Assembly (NCBI GenBank): GCA_963666835.2
Contig: CAXXGO010000003.1
Coordinates: 352,001-416,000, forward strand
DNA from: Phycisphaerae bacterium
GTDB taxonomy: Bacteria > Planctomycetota > Phycisphaerae > UBA1845
Length of the DNA: 64,000 nucleotides
Direction: 5' to 3'
Shown: piece after piece, positions 41,296-52,405 of the stretch
How the letters are laid out: each line of letters starts with the position of its first letter
Position numbering within the stretch: the stretch's first letter is position 1
Position numbers and translations under genes: made by a program
The notes under the pieces: model-generated
Told to the model about the DNA's origin: nothing
What the model saw: the letters and a program-made list of their open reading frames with translations, nothing else
Databases searched by the model: none

Positions 41296-41933
41296 GAGTC
41301 AATCGCCCTCCCGCATTCGGAGCAGACGCCGGATTCGTTGCCGGTGAGGTTGTAGCCGCAGTTGTGGCAGTACGGACACGAGCGATCCGAACACTTCCCG
41401 AGCTTGCCGTAGACTGTGCGGGCCACAACGAATGATGCCGCCAGCGGAAGTACCAGCAATCCAGCAAGCGCGACGTCTTCTGACCCTAAGGATCGACCGA
41501 GCGCCTTGATCCCGTCGCCCCCCTCCAATAATCCGTACTCAACCATGTTGAGAACGTAATTGGCCACGACCATGGACAGCAGGAACGATGCCCCAGCAAT
41601 GACGAGTCTATGACGGCGATATCGCCGAACAGTCCCTCTAATCGCTACGATGGCCGGGTATATGCTCAGGAGAAGAAACGCCGCCCAGAACGGAATGACA
41701 AAATTGCCCCAGAAACTGACACCGCCATACCGCCCAAGATCGACGGCAAACCCACGGTACCCACAGTAACCAAGCACGCACGGAACAGGGGTTGACGCCC
41801 GATCCAGCAGCCCGAAGCCGCACCAATGCGGCAACGTACCCCCGGACACCGTTAGGTTGGCCGGTCTGACCCATAGGGCAGCCGTCCCGATCGCCGCCAA
41901 TGTCAGCACCACAATGATCGCCTTGCGAATCAC
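41292..41933 (-). CDS. Variable membrane protein with C-terminal Zn ribbon, extra TM pair (member 3)
   Basis: VIRKAII start at 41933; four hydrophobic segments; CHNCGYNLTGNESGVCSECG. Confidence 0.75.
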   Translation of the reverse strand: MIRKAIIVVLTLAAIGTAALWVRPANLTVSGGTLPHWCGFGLLDRASTPVPCVLGYCGYRGFAVDLGRYGGVSFWGNFVIPFWAAFLLLSIYPAIVAIRGTVRRYRRHRLVIAGASFLLSMVVANYVLNMVEYGLLEGGDGIKALGRSLGSEDVALAGLLVLPLAASFVVARTVYGKLGKCSDRSCPYCHNCGYNLTGNESGVCSECGRAIDS

Positions 41934-42503
41934 GGCGTGATCTCCGTACCACACTCCGGGCAGACGCCTGATACGTTCCCTTGTAGGTTGTACCCGCACG
42001 TCAGGCACAGGCCTCGCTCTTTCCGGCGCCAGCGTCGCCACCTACGCATGGGGCCGCGAATGAAGGTGAGCGTCGGGTATGCCACCAAGACGGCCAATGG
42101 AAACCAGTTTGCCACGCGGGCCCTCCAGACCGCATGTTGTCCCGGGGCGGCAGTCGAATAGAACCTCGCCTGGTCCCACTTGAAAACTCCGAGGTCAATC
42201 ACACCGATCGTCACACCGTCCGGATCCTCCGCCCAGTCGTCGCAAAGCACCGAGGTCCAGGCCGAGCTGATCTCAATGCGCAGCATGCGGTCCCACGCAC
42301 CGATCGGTTCGTTCCCGTTGCTGACCCGCCCCTCAGTAGCGACATATACCGCAATCGAGGTGCCGGTCCCGTCTCGACGGACACCCACGCTTCGTCCCTG
42401 AGACAACCAGCCGTATTCCGTTGCCGGAAACGCCAGAACCACCCAGGCGACGGCGTAGACAATCGCCCCGAACGCGCGCGTACAGGATAGTCTTGCGGAT
42501 CAC
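41930..42503 (-). CDS. Variable membrane protein with C-terminal Zn ribbon (member 2; frameshift ~42478)
   Basis: VIRKTILY start at 42503 shifts frame into AFGAIVYAVAWVVLAF; ends FIRGPMRRWRRWRRKERGLCLTCGYNLQGNVSGVCPECG. Confidence 0.7.
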
Positions 42504-43087
42504 GAAGAAACCGCCCTCCCGCATTCGGAGCAAGTGCCGGATTCGTTCCCGGTGAGGTCGTAGCCGCAGGCAACGCATAGGCCGCGCTTCAACCGTCGTC
42601 GTTGTCGGCGTTGACGCATAGACCCGCGGACAACCAGGAGCAGCGGTGCCGCGGAAATGATGAATGGTGCCCACAGCGGGATGTCCAGTTGCCGGTGCCG
42701 CATGATCACATGGTACATTGTGTGGTCGGACAAGTCAGCTTCAACCGTATACAGAGGGATGTCATGCCGATAGAAGCCCAGACATCCGGAGTTGCCCGGT
42801 GACCCGATGGGCATCTCCCAGCCGCGCCGCCTCTTGTCGATCTCCGAGTCGTAGCTCTCTTGATCGTTGTCCCGGACGGTCTCACAGAAGCGCAATACGC
42901 CTCGCAAGCAGTATACCGCCCTCCACGTTCCGCGATCACTGGATACTCCGTATCTCGGGAACGTCGTATAGCTAAGGACCGCCGCAACGACCACGAGAAC
43001 CAGGCTGACTGAGGCGCAGACGACGAGCAGGCGAAGCACCCTCGGCACCCACCTGACTCTTGCGTCGACCACACCCCTCTCGTGCAT
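42500..43087 (-). CDS. Variable membrane protein with C-terminal Zn ribbon (member 1)
   Basis: Two TMs; RRRLKRGLCVACGYDLTGNESGTCSECG; start uncertain (ORF open to 43252). Confidence 0.72.
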   Translation of the reverse strand: MHERGVVDARVRWVPRVLRLLVVCASVSLVLVVVAAVLSYTTFPRYGVSSDRGTWRAVYCLRGVLRFCETVRDNDQESYDSEIDKRRRGWEMPIGSPGNSGCLGFYRHDIPLYTVEADLSDHTMYHVIMRHRQLDIPLWAPFIISAAPLLLVVRGSMRQRRQRRRLKRGLCVACGYDLTGNESGTCSECGRAVSS

Positions 43088-43555
43088 TCGTCTCTCCCGA
43101 CCATCGCGTCGGATGGGCACATCTCTCCACTTCGTCCCCCAGACTACCAAGACCCCATGATACCGAACCCTCCACCTGCTCGCCAGGAGGATCCATGGCC
43201 ATCCCCCGGAGGACTGCTCACGCGCCGGAAGAGGGCCAAGCCTAAAGGACACGGCCAGCCCGCATCACTCGCGACGTTCGCATGAGTCTGTGTAACGTAC
43301 GTTAGCGTCACCACTTGTCGATAGCGTTATTGTAACAGAGCGTGCTTCCACGCCAGGGACAAGCCCTGGCCCTACACTGGTTTGCGGCGTATACTTCGTT
43401 TGGATGAGTGATTCGGGCTGGGATTAACACGGGGGCGGGGAATCTCTCGCCGTCGACAGGCGTTCCAGGTTCTTGTCCTCCCTATCCGGAACTCAGCTAG
43501 AACACTCGTTACTCTCTGATTCCGTCGCCCGCGTTCACGATATGCTGTATACGTG

Positions 43556-44377
43556 TCACTTCAGATCGAACAGGCTGTTGTCGTCGGTTTGCCCGAACCA
43601 GCCGATGTTGAGGCGGTCGGGGTCGGCCATGTAGATGCCGCTGGAGAAGGTGAGGGTGCGGCGCTGGGCGTCGACGTGGCCGTCGCACCAGCCGACGCCG
43701 GCCAGGCCGTTGTGGCGGAAGTGAATGGACGGGTCGGCCCGGTAGTCGGGGTAGCTGGGGTGGTATCGCGGCTCGACGAAGCTGTATTCAATCAGTTGCG
43801 TGCCCGCGAAAGCGGTTTCGGCGAACATAATGGTCTCGGCGGGCCGCACGACCCATCCAACCAGGGCGCCGGCCCGATCGTTAATCACCTCATACTCGCC
43901 CGAGGGGTACTCCTTCAACTGCACGCCGATGAAGGCGTTGTTGTAGCCGTAACCGCCGTTACCGCGTTCGAAACCGCCGCTTTCGGCGGCGATCTCCTCG
44001 GCGGGGAATGTCGGGCACTGCCGGATCCGCCCTTCCGCCCCGAGGTACGGAACAAGCGGGCCGCGGGTCGAGTCGAAAGCCTCCGCCGGATTGTCGCGTT
44101 GCCCGTGCCAGCGATGCAGATTCTTGTGCATACTCTCGGCGCCGGGGCAATAGACGCCGTCGTTATCCTCGGCGTAGTAGCCGTTGGCGACGATAAGCTG
44201 GTTCAGATTGGAGCGGCAGACGACGCTCTTGGCCTGCTCCCGGGCGGCGGACAAACTCGGCAGGAGCATTGAGGCCAGCAGTACGATCATGCCCATCACG
44301 ACGAGCATCTCCAGCAGGGTCAACGCGCTGCGCCGGCATGTCGGGGGATGTGGCGGCGAGGTTGAGGTGATCGTCAC
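43556..44377 (-). CDS. DUF1559-type prepilin N-terminal cleavage / H-X9-DG protein
   Basis: RSALTLLEMLVVMGMIVLLASMLLPSLSAAREQAKSVVCRSNL; FRHNGLAGVGWCDGHV; start approximate. Confidence 0.88.
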   Translation of the reverse strand: MTITSTSPPHPPTCRRSALTLLEMLVVMGMIVLLASMLLPSLSAAREQAKSVVCRSNLNQLIVANGYYAEDNDGVYCPGAESMHKNLHRWHGQRDNPAEAFDSTRGPLVPYLGAEGRIRQCPTFPAEEIAAESGGFERGNGGYGYNNAFIGVQLKEYPSGEYEVINDRAGALVGWVVRPAETIMFAETAFAGTQLIEYSFVEPRYHPSYPDYRADPSIHFRHNGLAGVGWCDGHVDAQRRTLTFSSGIYMADPDRLNIGWFGQTDDNSLFDLK

Positions 44378-44559
44378 GGGCAAGCGGACCGCTGGGCTTG
44401 CCGAGTGAACGATCTTGAGCTGTGGTAGGTCATCCGGTACCGCACGTTCTGCTCGATGCTTGCCCATGCCACCCCGGTGATTGCCAATCCGGGGCCTGCC
44501 GGGGCTGATCGTCAATGCCGGATAGCCGCGGATGCCGTGCATGGCGAGAGTATCCTACA

Positions 44560-45700
44560 TTACTGCGGTCCGAGTAGCCGCGCGGAGAATGCCGAGAAAT
44601 CAGAAAGATCCACCAGGGCCGGGGGCGCCCAGGTTCATCCGATCGCAAGGCTCACCGACATTCGTAGTCCGGCCTAGGCACCTTTGCATACCGACCATGT
44701 CTGCCAGATCGATGTCACCATCTTCGTCCCAGTCTCCGAAGGGATCCGGGGCAACGTCGGCCACAGCGTCTATTTCCGGAGATTTCTCGCCGAATCTGCC
44801 CAGCAACACATTTGTTGGGTTCGTCAGGCGGATCAGATTGAAACCCGGCAGATCCGCCGGGAGCATCGTCTCCGGATCAACCGCCCAGGCAATGTCGAAC
44901 GCGTCCCCCCCACCGGAGCCCGGAGTGATTCCGACAACAAGTGGATCATCCGGCACAGTGTAGAACTCCTCCGGCGTTATCTGCGGGTCGTCAACTATGT
45001 TGTCTGCATCGAGATCACCCAGAAACAAGGTAGGCGCGTAGTCGGCATACCCGTAGATACCCTCCACTTCGGGGTCTTCCGCCGGGTTCTCCATTATCAG
45101 ATCCTCGAACGGACTCGCCGGCAGCATCGTGGCACCGGTGTACCAGACTCCGGTCATACCCGGCGGGACCCACGATAGCAGAGTCGGCGGAGTATCCGTA
45201 TCGGGATCGTCGTCCCATTCCTGGGTGGCCCACTGCCCTACCGGATCCACAACGTGAGAGCCCGGGATCAAATACCAACCCTCGTCCGGGTCTACGTCTC
45301 CGTCACCGTTAGCGTCGAGGGCGATCTCAATCGTGCCGCATTCCGCCCAGTGCCGGTGAGCCTGCGAGTCGACCCAGAACGCGTTTCCATAGACGATCGC
45401 ATCCACCCCGAACGCGTTGCGGGGATCATCTTGCACAACGTGGTCGAACCCCAATGTAATACTGCCCCCGAACCCGCCGAGTGAGACTACCGACGCGTTG
45501 CTCGGGTCGAAAGTGCCTGCTCCGATCGGCGGACCAAGTGCCCGCGCCGGATCGTCGTAGTCCGCCTTAGTAACGAACTTCCCTGGCGCCGGCGAGAAAT
45601 CAATCACCGATACGGCAAACGGGCTGTCGCCTCTTGCCGGCACGGCCCCAAGCACCAGCGCAACCGCGACAGCTCGAACCGCAGGTAGAACGTCCTTCAC
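44560..45700 (-). CDS. BtuH-like cell-surface protein with C-terminal dockerin-like repeats (frameshift ~44620)
   Basis: GGAGG RBS and GTG at 45700; signal peptide; FSPAPGKF, VSLGGFGGSITLGFDH, YGNAF, DANGDG..WYLIPGS, GYADY; GDWDEDGDIDLAD then, in another frame, VDLSDFSAF..GPQ-stop. Confidence 0.65.
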
Positions 45701-46876
45701 AAGCCCACCTCCTGCAGAGCAACAGTTCTCGCCAAACCGCTTGTCCTCCGTCGATGCAGAATGAGCGTGCCCACCGTCAGTACCCCGAAAACCATAACGA
45801 TCATCCCCCAAGCGCTGACCGCGGGTACGGAATCCGCAGGAGCCGTTGTAGACATAGACCGTACTAGCCCCGAAATCTGCAATGAGAAGCTCGCGTGTAT
45901 TCGCGTTGTATCCGGCGGAGAAGAAGTTGTTGTCGTTCGGCTCATCCGGGTCGAGCCGCCGCACGTCAGTTGGATCACTCGGATCTACGGGACCGAGACC
46001 TGCTACCGCATCGGCCACCGCCGTAGCACGGACCACGGCCACGAAATCCTCTTCATCTATACCCGCGTAGTAGTCGCCCCCCCCAACGTGCATATTGCCC
46101 TCGGCATCAAAACCCAGCGAGTTGCCCGACAGAATATCGACGACCTCCAGCCCGCCCGACTCGAAGTCCAACGGCGCTCCGCCGGCAAGGGCGGCCGTCC
46201 ATGCGGCGTGCGCGAAGACCTTGACCAGCCCGGTCCCGCTGGGTCCGTCGGACTGGAAGCCGTTGGCGGTGTAGAGGTTTCCGTCGCCATCGAACGTGAT
46301 CCCACCGGAGCTGCCCCCGATGTTGTCGATCACCGCCGGGTTGTCCGGATCCGCCGGGCTTGTGCGTACATCAAGGACCGTGACGACGCTGGTCGGCGGC
46401 ACCGGACGAGCCGTGATAGCCAAGCGCGACTCATCGTACCATTCGGCATCGAAGTGCTCGACTGAGTACCAATCCCCCCCCGTCAAGGCCGGAAACGGGA
46501 GAATGCCCAGTTGGAAGTCATCGTAACCGGGCGCCTGGCTGCCGCCGCCATTGCCCACCGCAATCGCGGACCCGGCCGGCGACACCCGCAGGAAGGCGGA
46601 AGCCCAGAGCGTCGGCACGTCAATCCCGGCAGGGATCGTTCCGCAAACGGTGAACGACCCCGCTCCGGCCGCGTCCTCCAGATAAAGGTCCCGACCGCAA
46701 AGAGCGATGACCCGCCCATCCGGCAGCGGATCGAATACGCAGTTTGCCTGTGGCAACTCAAAGGAAGACTCGAGCGCGTAGCCTTCAAAAGCACCGGCTA
46801 ACGCCATGGCGGGAAACAACGCAGGCCACATGACGACGAGCGTGGCCGGCCCTCGATGCTGAAGAGAACACATCAT
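45697..46876 (-). CDS. Secreted beta-propeller-like protein with IPTL-CTERM-like sorting signal (frameshift ~45838)
   Basis: AAGGAG RBS, signal peptide, GGITFDGDGNLY and SLGFDAEGNMHV blades; VPAVSAWGMIVMVFGVLTVGTLILHRRR tail lies in an adjacent frame. Confidence 0.65.
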
Positions 46877-46926
46877 CCCAGCGACTCCTTTCTCCAGCCC
46901 GCCCGACACCACGCGGAACGAAGCTG

Positions 46927-46975
46927 GAAAAAAAGAAAATCCCGGTGCCCCACATGGTTCGGGAGCACCGGGATC
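46927..46975 (-). terminator. Intrinsic terminator in riboswitch expression platform
   Basis: Minus strand ATCCCGGTGCTCC-loop-GGGGCACCGGGAT followed by TTTCTTTTTTT, between aptamer and start codon. Confidence 0.8.
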
Positions 46976-47085
46976 AATGTCGCTCGAAATCCAAGCCGCC
47001 GCGCCATCGCAAGATGGCCTTGCTGCTTTTGCCGGTAACGACAGATCGCGGCGCCACAACCCCCGAGGCACCACTATCACCAAAC

Positions 47086-47285
47086 AGCGACCACCGGCAG
47101 GTCTTCTGGCTTACGGATCATCCTACTAGCCACGCCTTCTCCGCATGTCGGCGTTCACCCAAGGCAGCTCGCCCGACAGCACGAATGGCTCGTGTGGCGT
47201 TCGTCCCCGATCACAGCGGCGGGTCCACGGTGGATTCTCACCACCTTCCCTCAAGTCCGTCACTTAACGGACACCGGCGATCGCG
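47086..47285 (-). ncRNA. Cobalamin riboswitch
   Basis: Minus strand GGTGTCCG..CGGAC-TTGAGGGAA-GGTGG-TGAGAAT-CCACC..CCCGCCGCTGTGA..GAGAAGG..AAGCCAGAAGACCTGCC (B12 box); P1 GCGATCGCCGG/CCGGTGGTCGC. Confidence 0.92.
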
Positions 47286-47569
47286 ACCTATTCACTTGTC
47301 AAAACTACGTCGAGCGTCTCCCGACCACAGCACCATAACCACGCCCTTTTCGGCGGTCAAGTGACAGGTTTTGCGGGATTAGCAGCCTCCGGCGTGCGGT
47401 TTTGCCCCCGAATCGCAGAGCCTGCGCCGCCGCCTCGACACGCCCGCGGCGATGTGCGATACTACAGGGCTGTGTACATTTGAAGAAGAAACGACGCCGC
47501 AGACGACGCCGCGGAGGCCCGCGGCCTGCAGAGTGCAGACGGTCTTATTGGGACGCTTTTTCTGCCGTG

Positions 47570-49778
47570 ATGGAACCTGACTCGCTAGTTGAATTGGTTA
47601 AAAGCGGTAACATCGGAACGGTCGAACAGGAGTGGATGGGCATTATCGAGTCCCCCGAGGTCTCCCCGAAGAAGCTCGCCGCCTATGCCAAGGTGCTCTC
47701 CGAGATGTGCCAGGCCAACAAGTGCCCGCAAGCCGGGGAGTTGGCTTGGTCCGCGATTGAATCCCTTTCATCCCGATACTCGCCGTCCGAGACGCTTACC
47801 GCGGCCGGACCGTTCCTCCTCGGCATCGGAGACAACGCAGAGGTTCGCGCATCGGTAACCGAGCTCTATCGGAAGGCTTACGCAGATTGCCAGGGGCTTG
47901 ACGAGTTGCTTACCGAGGCAGGCATCGCCGGCGGGCGTCCGGTTCGCAGGGCTCTACGCACGTTGGACGTTTGCCTCAGACTGGAGGAGGGCGATTACCT
48001 GGCCGCCCGCCACGAGGACGCCGTTGCTCGTATCGACAGTATCGAGCGGCCCGTCCTGGGAGTTCTCAATCACCCTGGACGGAGAACAGAACACCCTCGG
48101 GCCGGTGCACCTCGCAGACACGTATCGTCCCGGTCCCGGCCACGGATTTCCACGTTCTGATGCACTTCGCCCCGGAGGAGGTGGCGAAGCTGCTGCGCAA
48201 TGATCCGGTTACCATCGTTACGGACATCTGCCGACGGCACGGTGGTCGGATCGACAGCGACGAGTTAGCGGACGAACTGGTGCCGCGTCTGATGGACGAG
48301 GCGGAATGGAAGAAGTGGTGGACCCGCGCTCGAACCGCGCTGAAAGAAGTCCCCGCACGTTACGTTGACTGGACGGTCTCCGTACGAGATCACGTACTCA
48401 GCGAAACCGGTACCGGCCGAGGAGTTGTTCATTCGAGATTTCCGCACTCTGCGCGACCCCAACAAGCAATGGTCGCTCATTGAGAAGTACGTTCGCGAGT
48501 GCAAGCTGCGAGACAGCGACCCGGACCCGGCAGTCATGCGCGAGTGTTACGAGGACTTCCGCGGAAGAGCCCAGCGCATGACGGCGTCCGGCGCCATCGC
48601 TGCCGGCCTGCATTGGATGATCGCGTCCTATGTGGGCGAGCTGGCCGGAGTCGCTGACGCAGAAGCCGGAGCGCTCGAGCTTTTTCGCGAAGCACAAGAC
48701 CCCCGCAGCCCTGCTCCGCTCCATCGATTCTGATGTTCTGGTAACTCGCGCATGGCAGTATCTGATCGAGGCCAAGCCGGAGTCTTGGCGAGATGAGCTT
48801 ATCGAGATCCTCCCGGCCCTGCCTCTGGCGGCGTGTGACGGGGTGGCCCAGCGGCTCATCGAGTCAGGTCGCTCGGTTGCAGATTTCGAGCCGGTGATCG
48901 AGCGGATTCTCGCCTCGCCGTTGCCACACTTCGACGCCCTTCTGTGGCTCTGGAACGGTCCGTCAAACAAAGAGCTTCTGGCCAACGTGACGCCGATTTC
49001 GATCCTCACGCGGATCTTGCGCACTCTGGAGTTTGCCAGGCTGTCGGATGACGTCCCCAACGACGCGCTCAAACGTATGAAAGCAGTCGCTCGAGCGGTA
49101 GTCCCCGCCCGCAAACGCGAACGTTTCCGAGAGTGCCTCGACGGTCTGGAGCCCGGCGTTGCCCGAACCCTCAAACTGCAGATCTCGCGCGGCGAGGGGT
49201 TTGGTTATAGTGTCCGAGACGACCTCGTTCGTGAAATCGAACGGCGATTGCCGACAGAAGCCGCGGAAACCGGAAATCGAACCCTGGAAGCGCGAGGATA
49301 TTCTATTCGCCACGCGGGCCGGAATCTCCCGCAAGCAAGAGGAAATCGATCATCACGTAAACGTCAAAATGGCCGAGAACGCTCGTGCCATCGGCGCGGC
49401 AGCCGAGCGCGGCGATCTCAGTGAGAACTCGGAGTACAAGTTCGCCCTGGAAGAGCGCGACCTTCTGCGGGCTCGCCTTGCCCAGATGAACTCCGAGATT
49501 GGCCATCGCCCAGGTAATCGACCCCGACGATGTCTCTACCGAGCACATCGACATTGGGACTCGAGCGGTTTTCCGGCGCATGGCGGACGGCGCCGAATAC
49601 GCGATGACCTTCGTAGGACCGTGGGAGGCGGACAGCGAAAAAGCGATGTTCAACTATCGAGCCCCCTCTGGCGCAGCGGTTGATGGGTATGCGGATTGGT
49701 GACGAGGTCGAGTTCGACCACGCAGACGTAAGTGGGAAGTACGAGATCGTAGCGTTGCACAACTCCCTGGCTGACTAG
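47570..49778 (+). CDS. greA: GreA/GreB-family factor with long N-terminal extension (several frameshifts)
   Basis: ENARAIGAAAERGDLSENSEYKFALEE, TFVGPWEAD, WKKWWTRAR; pieces lie in successive frames. Confidence 0.8.
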
Positions 49779-49828
49779 GAACGCGGCGGGATTACTCGCA
49801 CGGACCGTCTGAAACGGAGAGACAAGCT

Positions 49829-50891
49829 GTGAAGGCCGGCAATAATCGGGCTGCCTCAATCAGGCAAATCGACCGTATTCCTCTGCGCTGACCGGGACCG
49901 CCTCGGATCCTTACGCCCCACCGGAGCCAAGTACTGGCGGTTGTGCATGTTCCCGAACCGCGGCTTGCCGTACCTGGTCAATCTGTACCAACCCAAGAAG
50001 GTCATTCGAGACTACGGCAGAATTCATAGATGTGCCTGGCTGTTCGCGTCGATGACTCCAAGGGACAGGAGGAATGGCGACGGGTCCTTCCGGTCGTGCG
50101 TCAGGCGGACCTTCTGTTGGTCGTCCTGCGGGACTTCGAACTAAGCGGCACGTCGAAGCCTGATCCGAAGGCGGAGTTCGCGGCTATGTGGAACGAACTC
50201 ATCTTTGCAGACCTTGACACGGTCACTACGCGGATCGGAGAGGATCGAGGCAGCCCTCAAGAAGCCTACAAAGACCCATGATGAGGAGAAGCGCGAGCTG
50301 GCCCTGCTCGTGCGGTGCCGCGAGGCTTTGGAGTCGGAGGCCCCCCTATCGACCGTCTTAGATACTGAAGAAGGAAAGAAACAACTCCGGAGCTTCGCTT
50401 TTCTAACGGAGAAGCCGGTCGTTTGTGTGCGAAACGTGGCGGACGATAAGGTCCGATCGGAAGTTGACCCTGCAACTCGACCACGTCGAGGACTCGGTAG
50501 TACTGTGCGCAGAGATCGAAGCGGAGATCGCCCAGTTGGACCCCGCGGACCGTCCTTCGTTCCTGGCGGACTATGGTCTTGAAAGCCCCGCGAGCGATCG
50601 TCTCATCAAAACCTGCTATCGATGCGGCGGCCTGATCTGTTTCATCACGGTCGGCCCCGACGAGGTCCGAGCATGGGAAATCGCCGCCGGGAGCACTGCG
50701 GTCGAGGCCGCAGGCAAGATCCACACCGATCTCGCCCGGGGGTTCATCCGCGCGGAAACCGTGGCCTACGACGACTTCGTAGCGAACACGGACATGAAAG
50801 GCGCCCAAGGCCGCCGGCAAAGTCCGCAAGGAAGGCAAGACCTACATTGTGCAGGACGGCGATCTGCTCAACATCCTCCTCGAGCGCTTGA
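49829..50891 (+). CDS. ychF: YchF-like ATPase (DUF933), several frameshifts
   Basis: IIGLPQSGKST, ELIFADL, FLTEKP, FITVGPDEVRAW, AGKIHTDLARGFIRAE, YIVQDGD across frames. Confidence 0.85.
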
Positions 50892-51075
50892 AGTGCAACG
50901 CGGACGTGCCCGCCCCCCAGGCGGACCGCTTGGCCTCTTGGCCGGCGCGGCTTCCGACGAGGTGTTGCATCCAGCCGGAATCTGGTAGAGTATCCGGAGC
51001 CGGTGCGGACCCCGGTCCGCCGGATCCGCCCGGCGTGATACATCGATCAGCCCGGGCTCTATCCGGACCTGATTG

Positions 51076-51150
51076 CGGGGCGTAGCGCAGTTTGGTTAGC
51101 GCGCTTGACTGGGGGTCAAGAGGTCGCTGGTTCGAATCCAGTCGCCCCGA
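51076..51150 (+). tRNA. tRNA-Pro (GGG)
   Basis: CGGGGCG acceptor stem, anticodon arm CTTGA-CTGGGGG-TCAAG, GGTTCGAATCC T-arm; CCA not encoded. Confidence 0.96.
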
Positions 51151-51200
51151 TCGTAAAGCACTGAAAACAAAGGACTTATGACTCCTCCAAAAACCCCCTC

Positions 51201-51239
51201 TTGACATCTTCATCCTCTTCAGCGTACTTTCATCCTCTT
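51201..51239 (+). promoter_or_regulatory. Putative integrase promoter overlapped by direct repeats
   Basis: TTGACA (51201)-18nt-TACTTT; TTCATCCTCTT at 51209 and 51229. Confidence 0.45.
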
Positions 51240-51264
51240 GAGGGTAGTTCTTGGGAGGTTTAGC

Positions 51265-52405
51265 ATGGCTTGGAAGGCCAGGCCGCGATACAAGCCCGCC
51301 TCGCAACGAGTGGGTACTTCGCTACCAAAACAAGAGTCACTATCTCTGCTCCGGATCTGACAACGAGGCGCTCGCCTGGGCAAAGGCCCAACAGATCCTG
51401 GGCGATACTGGACAGCCTGACGGCCCCCATCGAAACGGTAGGGGCAGCGTGTGAAGACTGGCTCAAAGCATACCACCCCTCGTCCAACTGGCACGCTCAG
51501 ATGCTCGCCCCGTTTATGAACTGGACGGAGGGGCTCATGCCTTGACAATGTCACGCCTACACTCCTGAAGAGATACCTGACGCACCTTCAGAGCATCACC
51601 TACAAGCGAGGGAGACACGAGAAACACTACAGCCCCGCGACGATCCGACGGCAGATGAGGTTCGCCCCGCGCCGTTTTGGAGGAGGCCCGCCAGAACGGA
51701 CACATGTCGCGTCCAACGCCCCCCATGCCCCGCCTGCCCAAGATCCCGCTGGTGGCCCGTGACATCTCGCCGGAAGACCTGAAGAGGATCTTCGAGTACC
51801 TCCCCGTTCGTGCTCGGCGAGTCCTGTACTTCGCGTCGGCCACGGGGATGCGCCCCAGCGAAGCTCGGCTTCTTCGTTGGGACGAGATCCATGAGGATAA
51901 GTGTATCCTTAACCGCGGTAAGACCTACAAAGCAACCGGACAGCCGCGAATAGCCCACCTGAACTCTGATGCAAGGGCGGTGCTGGACTCCGTGCCCGGC
52001 GAGAGGCAGGGGCACGTCTTCTTGAACAGCCTCGGCAAGCCGTACGGGGTAAGCGGACTCCGTTCCATCTTCAAACGGGCAGCCGCCAGTGCCGGGGTCG
52101 AGGTGACCGGCCCGTACCAACTCAGGCATTCGTGGGCGCAGACCCTCTACGACTCCGGGCAACTCTCGCTGGATATGATCGGCGCCGAACTCGGTCATAC
52201 GCCTGGCTCCCCTGTCACGAAAGTGTACGCCCGGATTGGGGAGCAACGCGTTGCGAAGGCCGTGCAAGGCCTAAACGCACCAGTCGCTCCCGGTCTGCTT
52301 GACGCAAAGCGTCGGAAGACCTCTTCTTCGGGGAAGCGATACCGAGGAAGCGGTTCAAAGAAGACTCGAAAAACCGCCAAGGGCCGGAACCGTCAAGCTG
52401 GATAG
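51265..52405 (+). CDS. int: Tyrosine recombinase/integrase (N-terminal half frameshifted)
   Basis: TGMRPSEA, GKT, YQLRHSWA, LGH, TKVY; GGAGG RBS before ATG 51265. Confidence 0.88.

Noticed and set aside
40085..43252. Diversity-generating retroelement or integron behind the variable array
   Set aside because: No reverse transcriptase, template repeat, integron integrase or intergenic attC; the genes overlap directly.
44600..47083. Single 827-aa ORF
   Set aside because: Its 5' part is riboswitch leader and terminator; an internal RBS, GTG start and signal peptide at 45700 plus an out-of-frame sorting tail show two genes fused by an indel.
47570..50891. greA and ychF as true pseudogenes
   Set aside because: Motifs are intact across frames and indels cluster regionally; likely sequencing artefacts.
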